From: Catajapyx aquilonaris
Lineage: Eukaryota
Assembly: GCA_000934665.2 (NCBI GenBank)
Contig: JYFJ02001709.1
Location: forward strand, 53,273-73,272
DNA: 20,000 bases
Reading direction: 5' to 3'
Shown here: positions 11,456-20,000 of the stretch, one piece after another
Position numbering within the stretch: the first letter of the stretch is position 1
Layout of the letters: the number at the start of each line of letters is the position of its first letter
Made by a program: the position numbers and the translations under genes
Notes under the pieces: generated by a model
Seen by the model: only the letters and a program-made list of their open reading frames with translations
Told to the model about the DNA's origin: nothing
Database searches by the model: none

Positions 11456-12771
11456 CATTAGGCATTGCAACACTATGTTTACCTGCAGTAATATCTGGTA
11501 GGGGTTTTTATTTAATGCTGCCCGGGATTTACCGCACATGTAGATTACAGAACTTCCGCCGAAGTGAGATACCGCTCTTTTTCTGCTTCCTTCTCCGAAA
11601 AAAACCGTTACCGCCACAGTATTATATCGCATGCAAAGTAATGTATTGAATCTAAAGCACCTGAACCCTGCAAGTGATCCAGACGTCTCTGTTATTCCAC
11701 CTTGACTTGTACATCATTCACCTTCTGTGTTACGTGTAACGAATGCAGAGCCTGAGGAGGTTTGTAAGTAGGCCCTACTCACGTAGTTTAACACCCCCGC
11801 ATATCAACTCTGAAAATCTGGACGATTCAACAAAAAAAACACCGTGGAAACACGCGTGTGAACAAGTGCGTTAAATCGTTTGGTGTGTAATTTCACAAAC
11901 ATATTTTAAAATTTTCTCAGTAAAGACAGTTAATCCCAGTCCAATCAGTAGCTCTCCCATGATGCCACCAGTGTGTGTGTGCAGCATGCATGGAAATATG
12001 TGTCCTTGGGACGCAACAAGAGGATTTAATTAATCGGGATGCTGCCCGGCCTGCTTCAAGTCAAGGAGACACAATTAGCCCAGAATATCCATCATCTCCT
12101 GCCCCCAAGGCATCTTGACCTCTTAAGACATATTTAGCCAGATTATTATGACACTCGGGCAACATGTGCTGGGCTCGGTTACGCTACTTGACCCCTATAT
12201 ACCCCTCTTCCACATATTTTAGATTTTCGTAGTGTGCTGGCGAATAAACGCGTGCAGTGTACGGATGGATAGTAATATATGTGCGAGACCGCTTCTCAAG
12301 GGCGGTGAATGGACTAATAAACGGCATGTGTGCATGTGTGGGGGGCGGATGAGATTACGTGTGTGGAGTATGTAGGTTATTGGTGCCTCCTGGCTGGCGG
12401 GGAGCCGCAATTTATTTCCTTGTGTACTTGTGTGCATGGTGGGTCGGGACGGAATTGTGCTCGGCGGGACAGAGATAGCTGCCCTGTGTGCTGTGTGTGT
12501 ATAATAATAATTCCACTTGCCAAGGATTTCCCGCACCAGTCTAGGGCTGAGAAAAGTTGGGCACGTCTTGCACGAGAACTTACATATTTTCTTTCCGGCT
12601 TGGGCTGAAAGGAATAGAAGGGCTTGAGGCTTGAAATAGGCGAGGATGACATTGGAAATGGGGACATTAATAAACGCTGCTGCATTCAAATTCTGTGCGG
12701 GGGCAATTTACGTCAATTCCATGTCATTTTGGTTCTCGAGGCTTTTTCCTGGTGCTGGTGCAGAGGGTGAA

Positions 12772-12837
12772 TTTTCTTGGAAGTGCACGATTTATGTTGA
12801 AAATATTTTCAGCATAAATCATGCACTTCCAAGAAAA
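12772..12837. repeat. 66-bp near-perfect palindrome with no spacer
   Basis: TTTTCTTGGAAGTGCACGATTTATGTTGAAAAT (12772-12804) pairs with ATTTTCAGCATAAATCATGCACTTCCAAGAAAA (12805-12837) at 31/33 Watson-Crick positions. The exceptions are 12788/12821 (C.A) and 12797/12812 (T.G). Confidence 0.95.
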
Positions 12838-14256
12838 CTCTCAATCACTACCGTACATGAAATGCAGGGCATTTTGAGTGACTGTGAGAGTTCTGCATTT
12901 GAGGTTTACATCGAACATGAAATACGTACATATGTGCAAGTTGCAAGAAGAAGCTGAATGTGACGAAGCATGACCCGACAACTATGGATGTATTTTTTAA
13001 ATTATTCACGAGGATTTAAGGTAGTGCGTGATGGTATACAGAGGGAGTTCATGAGAACTTTCGTATAACTAAACAGTTATATATGCTGAATATATTGCGA
13101 CAGGTTCGTGTCAACTTTTTCCCCACGCTCCAGTTGAATGGACAGGTACTTGATTGCGCGATTAACGGGGTTTTGTAATGGGAAAATTAATTTATATTAC
13201 ATCGCGTAAAGGTGGTTGTAATTTGCCTCGAGGTGTATTTATTAGTTTTTATGAAAATATCTACTTAGGCAACGGTGCAAAACTGGCACGCTCGCTGCGA
13301 ATTGCTCACGCTCAATCTGACCTGGGTTACCAATGAGGCAATATCAATACTGTAACGGAAAAGGTGCAAAATAGCAAAAAGGTGTCATGGAGAATTTGTT
13401 TGTGTCCTTGGCCAAGCAATAATTTGGTTATTGATTTTTATAACCCGTGGATTCATTATATTTATGACGATGGTGATGATGATACACATCAAAGAACCCC
13501 CACATTGTTCAACTATCTCCATGTGGCCGTGTCGAAACTGTATGATTTCTTATGAACAATATTGTAAAATTACTATTGAAGACCCAAGTTGGTGGAATAG
13601 GGAGAATAGTTTTTTTTAATCCACCGCAGAGAGGAGGCAATAATTACTTCTTCGTGCAATTATTTCTATGCGTACGTTGCATTGGCTGCTGTTTATGCTG
13701 GTTCGTTGGAAACAGGCGTTTTACACCCCTAAGGAACATTCTAAGATATTTTTGTCCACTGCTCAAATGACTGTGAAGCTCCTTTTTTGAGAGCCCATGA
13801 AGCGATTCACTGCCATTGTGCAAAAAATTTCGACCTATAAACGCCTCCTTCAGTTTGGGGCTCTCGTGAGAAGGACCAGAAATCACATTAACATGCATCA
13901 AATTGTTGCAAAAGAAATAGTAGTTGATGCCAGACACACCAGTGCGTTATGTGCACCAGAACACGCTAATGAGACGGCATCACACGTAATGAATTTTCAA
14001 TTTGACGACACAATCAATGCATAACCATCCCCTAGAGCCTATAGACATAACTTTACTATAGTTGCATTAAATCCAGACAGAAGATAGTAGTAGCGCCTAT
14101 TAGTTGCAGAATTTTAATCTTGTGTATATGAATGCTGTGGACGTGGGGGTGGTGGAGAGGAATTGGTGGTGAGGGTGCTGGGGGATGGATGCAGTCTGGG
14201 AGAAATGGGGAAGATTGGCAAAAAACACGAGGATGATAGCGTGCGCACGGGAGTCG

Positions 14257-14431
14257 GATCGTTGCAGGACAAGGTTATTCGCACACGAAAGCGGTGATGT
14301 CACCCTCGTCACCGCCATTGGCGCCGACACACTTGTTCGGCGACGGAAAACTCCAGTGGCCAATGTGTTTGTGGCTACAATGGACCGTCCTCCTTTGCGA
14401 TCGTGTCGCACAAGGCTGCTGTGCATGTCCG
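14257..14431 (+). pseudogene. Possible frameshifted laminin-type EGF (LE) repeat remnant
   Basis: Pieces in different frames: DRC (14257-14265) with GY (14273-14278); CHP...TC...SSGQCVCGYNGP (14298-14387); CDRVAQGCCACP (14396-14431). The two GATCGT (Asp-Arg) units are 142 nt apart. At least two frameshifts are needed to join them. Confidence 0.25.
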
Positions 14432-16584
14432 GATGATAGTTTCTTATTTGAAATTCGTACATTATCGCTTGATCTATGTAATACCTGCCGTTATGAATGA
14501 AGCCTGCATGATGGGAGGGGCATGATCGGCTGAGCTAGATGAATCGAACCGTTATAAACGGGTCTAATATGCCTCCTGCTGTGGGTTAATACCTCCAGGG
14601 ACTGCAGTTTAGCCTACATCCCTAGACTCCGTTACTTTGTTGCCATTGTCAATAACCGACATATCAAGCGTGCAGTCACCACAACAGCGACAAAAAATGG
14701 GTGTGAAAGGCTCTCCTTTGAAATTTATCCTTGTGCATGGAGAAGTTGTCAGGTGGTCTGCATGACCTGGCCTTCGTAAATACCAAGGCCTGTTTTCGAT
14801 CCTTTTGGTATAGCATGTTCCACCTATATGCAGTGCATTTATATATTGTTCCCGTGCTTTATCAGAAAATAATAGTTCTGAGGCCATATTATGATCAGCT
14901 GACAATATAAAACTCGGCTGATATACGCATGGATGATTCTAAAACGAATATTGTATGGGTGCGAGAGTGTATGATACGCACAATTAGGTAGCAGTTTTAT
15001 TTGAAATGAAGACGAAGAATTCGTTCAAGGTCCATGCGACCTATCGTGATGAGAATTTCCATGGCTGTACTTCGACCAATCCTGTAATGCATAATGCAGA
15101 AGCAGAAGCTTTGACGATGTCTTTAATTAATGTGTTTTCAATCAACTTCCATCATGCTATCAGGTTGAGGCAAGAGGATGTGGATGCGGACATTTAGGGA
15201 CAATGGCAGGGGAAATAATAATACGGCATTACAGTTCTACAGGGTTTATACACGTGAGATCCGGTCCGTTATCATCTAGGGTCGTCTAGGAGAAAACTTG
15301 CTTCTAATGTACTGTACATGATTCATATTGAAAGGAACTCGGCTGACATTCAATGAAAATTTGGGTATTTTGGAGTGGTCAGCTACTCCTCTTTGACGTA
15401 CACTAGTACACCTGCTTGCCACTAATTGTGAATATGCATAATCCTTTTTCGCAAAGAAACATTGGAACCTGTACTCACAATTACGTGTTATTATACGGCA
15501 AAGTATACACCTAATTACGCGAGTGGCCAACACCTCGGGTTATTTGAATTTCCAGTTTGAAACGATGTGCCAGCTGCAAAGTGAGATATGTGGTCCGTTA
15601 ATGTACTTACGTTGGCTTTGCGAATCATTACGAGCATATTGTGTTCAGTTTTTATGCTGCAGATAATCTACCTTTTTATGCATGCATACTGTTATAGCAT
15701 ACGAATGAAACCGTGTGCTGTATTTTTGTTCGCTTTTTATTTGAAGCAGAAGCAATAATTGGATTGTAAGAAAATATAGGCGGAATGGGCAGGAACGCAT
15801 AAAATTGCACTTGCAACTACTGTATCATGGAATATCTACGCTGTATGAGGTGGCACCTTTGTGATGCAGTCAAGTGGTGCACCAAACTGTACTAGAGTAT
15901 TCATTATGTACAGTGCGTGGAGCAATGGTGAGACCATCGCAAGGTGCGCAACTATTTGCATTTTTACAGTGCTCACAAATGGGATAAACATTTTTTTTTA
16001 TTCCTGTGGTATTATGTTTGCTGAGGCAAGCAGATTACATGCATACTAATATTACTTGATTTTTTTGTAGCTTCTTTTCAATATGGCCTCTACAGCAACA
16101 AAGTGCATTCTGATCCTGGAAAACAATGCGAGTTACATCAGTACGTACTGTACATACAGTGATGTGTGAAGTGGCCTTGCACGATATTTTTGCTTGTGTT
16201 CTTATGTAGCCTACTGGTTTGCATAAACGCCATATTTCAACAACGCAGGCCTGATATTATATGCACTGTTCACATGCTGACATCTGCATAATTATAATAT
16301 AGTTCTGAACGTATCTCGGGCTGTATAGGCGACTATATGAGAATATCTTGTTACTTATGTGAAGCTGTGTTCCTTAAATTAATACACTTATATAGTCGTT
16401 TTAAAAATATAGCATTTATCAGAAACTTATAATAATGTACTAAATTGACGGTTCGGTCAGTCATTACCTCAGCACGCTGCTGCACCTGTGATGATGTACT
16501 GTATACACGAAAGAGCCAACACGCAGAGGCCCCAGCATGAAGTGCACCTATCTAGTATCATTATTCCAACTGAAATCTGCATAC

Positions 16585-16724
16585 CGTGCGTAGAGGAAAC
16601 CTGCAGTTACATCATAGATCATACCATGATAATGTAGCACAGAAATGTATACCACCGTGCTGCATTTCATGGATATCCTGTGAATCCTGACGTCATCTAA
16701 GTGAAGACGTTCCCAGTAGACCAC
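16585..16724 (-). CDS. Candidate exon (or decayed exon) resembling one YWTD/LDLR class B beta-propeller repeat
   Basis: The minus-strand acceptor TTTTGCCAG|G (AG at 16726-16725) opens VVYWERLHLDDVRIHRISMKCSTVVYISVLHYHGMIYDVTAGFLYAR, with a possible donor GTATGC at 16584. The VYW, IHRISM and GMIYD...GFLY blocks and the 42-aa Y-to-Y spacing recall YWTD repeats, but the canonical TD and DG residues are missing. Confidence 0.25.
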
Positions 16725-17614
16725 CTGGCAAAACATGTAAGCCTCTTCACAACAATTGCACAACATTACACATAATCTAGCACGAACTCAGTGTCTCCTA
16801 AAAGCTCCGAGGATTACTTTGACACAAAATGCAAGAGTGGCCTAACCCAGGACGTACCTGCAAAGCGCATAATGAGAATAATGACCCTGGATTTGCATGT
16901 GAGCGGAAGTTAATGATATGGAGACTAGCCGTGTACTGGGTCTTAAATGGGTCTAGTTAATAGATCCCCCTCGCTGATATTACTATTCCAAGGAGAGGCT
17001 CGTGCTGCTGGCTGACTGCTATCGTGGCCATAAAAAGATTTAATTATAAACCCCCTTCGGGGATTAAGGTCGAATGTGGTAGAAGAGGCTTAGCGGCTAC
17101 AGCAATAAGCAAGGTCAAGGTTTCATACCGTCTACATCCTTTGGAGCTATCACCTGATTTTTGTGTCCGTGACGCCGTATCTTCGGATGTGCCTCGAGCT
17201 CCTCTTGTCATTGAACGATAGGATGGCGTGAACTTGAGGGCACACTTCCGCCTTTCTTGCACGCCAATAAAAGAGCAGTCCATCTTGCACGACAGCATTC
17301 TTTCTATCTGGGCCAGCACATTTATTCAATTACAGTAATTAGGCATATTGCAATACTCCTTGCCCTTTTTTTTTCCTCTTCCTCCCGCATTAGCTGGAGT
17401 CTTAAAAAAGAAACTGCACTCGAAGCATGTACTACTGTGGGAGGGTTAATAAGTTCAACCCGCGGCCTCGGAACACACTCTTGGAAAGTTAGCTGTGAAT
17501 TGGTCCACATAACAGTGTGAATGTTCGTGCACATCCTGCGTCGCGTAAGAAAAAAATCGAGTCAAAAGAAAACAGGACTCTCGGTACAATACGAATGATG
17601 CAATGAAGTTTGGG

Positions 17615-17649
17615 AATCATTATGCAATCCTCCGAGATTCGTAATGATT
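17615..17649. other. Short hairpin
   Basis: AATCATTATGCAATC pairs with GATTCGTAATGATT over 14 positions (one G.T, one bulged base), with a 6-nt loop. Confidence 0.5.
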
Positions 17650-18899
17650 TGTATACAATGCACATGTTTCATCTTTTTATGCATGAGGCGACTTCACAAT
17701 CTCCGGCTGTTCACACGTGACGAAATTCACATACGCATAAAGATTATTGTGTTTTTCATGACATGAGAAGAAGAAGAAGAAAAAAAGTGAGGTCCAATCT
17801 TAGCAAATGGAAAGCACTTTTTGCCTGCCTTTCCTGGACGTTGGCATGCTGGACATAGAGAGATGATGATGGGTGTGGTGGGAGAAAAAGGTGTTCTTGT
17901 GTTGGGCATGAAGTAGGTCGAACCTAGATGGGGGTAGGGTTTTAGATAGATCGATAGCCGGCAAAGCAGAGGAGGACATTCCAAATGCGAGCTTCTTCAT
18001 TCCACCAATCCGGGGAGAAAAAATATTGGCCCCGCTCGCACTATATTCTAGTCCCGGATAGCTTTCTCTGCCGTTTTGCATTCCATTGCATCCGCCCCAT
18101 AGACATATCCGACCTCCACTGCTCGCCTTCCTGTACCCTTTTTTTTTACTTGGACTATTCGAAAGTTCAAATAGTTCCTGCGTGCTCTTTTTTTGTAGCT
18201 CAGGTAGATTATTATTTGCGCACGTCAAATGATTTTTTTAAAACCCCGCGGCACTTGCTCTCTAATTGTGGAGAGTGACAAAAAATGGGATAATTTGCTA
18301 TCTTATTATCACATTTTGGATTTCCCTTTATTATTTCAAGGACAAAAAGCTGGCTGTAGACGTATTATCTGTGTCCTTTCCCACTTTTTCCTCTCACCAA
18401 AGGGTATAGGTTTGTATAGTGGGTTACGCCAATTTTTCCAGCTCCTCAAACTACACCATATAGTGCAGTTGCATCAGTTTCGTTTTTATTTCTATCTCGC
18501 CAACTTGCACACTTTAATTACTGCAAATCCATAGTGACCGGTACTTTCTAAGCTGGCGGAACAAACGGTTGCCCTTTTTTTTGTTCCTAGTTAGTAGTAG
18601 AGCGAATCTGTAATAAAAACGTGCCAATTACTTCTAAGTTGACATGCGCCGGGACAATAGGCATGACGGTTTTTATTACAAAATCAGCGCTGTTTGTAGT
18701 GCTGCACTGCGACAAAACAATCCAACCACAGTTGTATAGTAGATCATAACTTTTCTGTGCATAAATCCTCCAGTGCACCTGCACTGAACCAACTAATAGA
18801 TACAAATAATTCGGTGTTGATAGCTTCTGTCTTCAGTCAAGAATCTATATATCTGCGAGGCTTCCGCCTTTGAATCCATATCATGTAGGTTACTTATAG

Positions 18900-18970
18900 G
18901 TCAGTGTCCCACTATGTGGCATGGCTATTTTGCTCCACATGCAGGCTACCAGGGGACAAAATGTGAATAG
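18900..18970 (+). pseudogene. Possible EGF-like C-terminal half fragment
   Basis: After TTATAG| (AG at 18898-18899) it reads GQCPTMWHGYFAPHAGYQGTKCE*. The GYxGxxCE motif is present, but the CxC cysteines are absent. Confidence 0.12.
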
Positions 18971-20000
18971 CACGATCAAGCTCTTATTTGTGGAGGTGGT
19001 CCATTCTGCTGGACGTTGCCCAGAGGCTTCAGGATCAGTGTTCCCGTTTAAAAGAAAGGAGCCGAGACCGTATGTGTTGACAAGCGTCCCACTGCTCCAC
19101 TTCTGTCCAGCTATTAAAAGCATTGCGAAAGCTAATTCTGGACACCTTTTTTCCGCTTGTTTTTTTGTGTCCTGACTTCAGCTTCTTTATATGATTAGGC
19201 TGATCAGCTCTCTCTCCAGGCTACCTTTCTGTCACTCAAGGTGGTTATTATGGTGAAAGGGAGAGCTCGAAATACATTCGTACTTTGCGTATCGCTTACA
19301 CGCACGCACGCAGCATTTGCAATTGTCCTTTACCTCGTTTCATGACCACCTTGTAACAGAAAATTAGTGATGGCATATATTTATAACGCGTCTTCAATTG
19401 ATGCAAATCAGCAGGTGCTGGCATTGGGGCCATCGATTATTTTGCGCTTTGTTAACTAGAGACTTTGGTTTGCTTGGGCTCAAGTACGTATATTGCACGC
19501 CCTATATGAGACTGGAGGGGAAGCTGAAATTACGTGAAGAAAGGAAGAGTAATGATGATATAAATGGAAGCCACACGGGTCATGCAGTCACGATTCTGAG
19601 AATTAGAAATGTGCATCCTGTGATGTTGAAATGAGTTAATTACAGCGAAAGCTTGAATTAGGCATTGCATCGTTGTTATCTAGGACTTCAAAAGTGAAAG
19701 ATAAGATTTCGTATTATTTCATTACCTGCTGGAAGGTTGTCCACAAGGATAGGCTATACGTAACAGTACACCGGCGGAATATGGAACATTATAATCTACT
19801 ATTAATTTAATTGGCCAGTGAAAAATTACTGCAGCCATATATAAGCCACTTACGTAACACGGTCAGAAGCATGGACCATAATTATCATGCATATTGGCAT
19901 CGACCACATTATACAGGGTGTATCTGAACTCAGTGCCCCGACGTATATGACTGCCTTCCTAGCCACCAGAGGATCGATTTAAGTATAGGAGTCATATGTC

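Noticed and set aside
13016..13035. TTAA|GGTAG Kolobok-like transposon terminus
   Set aside because: No matching inverted end was found in the window.
13778..13794. Histone 3' stem-loop-like GCTC...GAGC
   Set aside because: Does not match the 6-bp stem/4-nt loop geometry, and there is no histone ORF upstream.
15006..15197. HNAEAEAL as a deaminase HAE motif
   Set aside because: Not an exact HxE match, and there is no downstream PCxxC.
18073..18105. Kunitz-like CLWGGCNGMQN in the minus-strand ORF 17800-18228
   Set aside because: Only a short GGC.G match; the other cysteines and the conserved N/F residues are absent.
454..19634. ORFs of the supplied six-frame track as stand-alone genes
   Set aside because: All are 156 aa or shorter, overlap on both strands, often use non-ATG starts and look like random translations. 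There is no operon-like packing and no recognisable full domain.

Overview
This window looks like non-coding (intergenic or intronic) eukaryotic DNA, roughly 40% GC by eye. There is no prokaryotic gene packing and no ORF longer than 156 aa. I found no intact recognisable gene, rRNA, tRNA or CRISPR array. The TACAGTA/TACTGTA heptamer is over-represented, and TAGGCCTA and poly-G tracts occur. Together these suggest a marine invertebrate genome, possibly an echinoderm (inference only). The best-supported features are structural: a ~580-bp foldback/MITE-like element with modular inverted arms (7033-7610), a 66-bp near-perfect spacerless palindrome (12772-12837), a ~53-bp tandem duplication (11353-11455) and several hairpins. 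Scattered on both strands are short, broken resemblances to metazoan protein domains: YWTD, laminin-EGF, EGF, vWF-D, BIR/zinc finger and a LINE RT motif. None forms a convincing gene. I did not find a well-supported new biological system, so the domain-like items are low-confidence leads.
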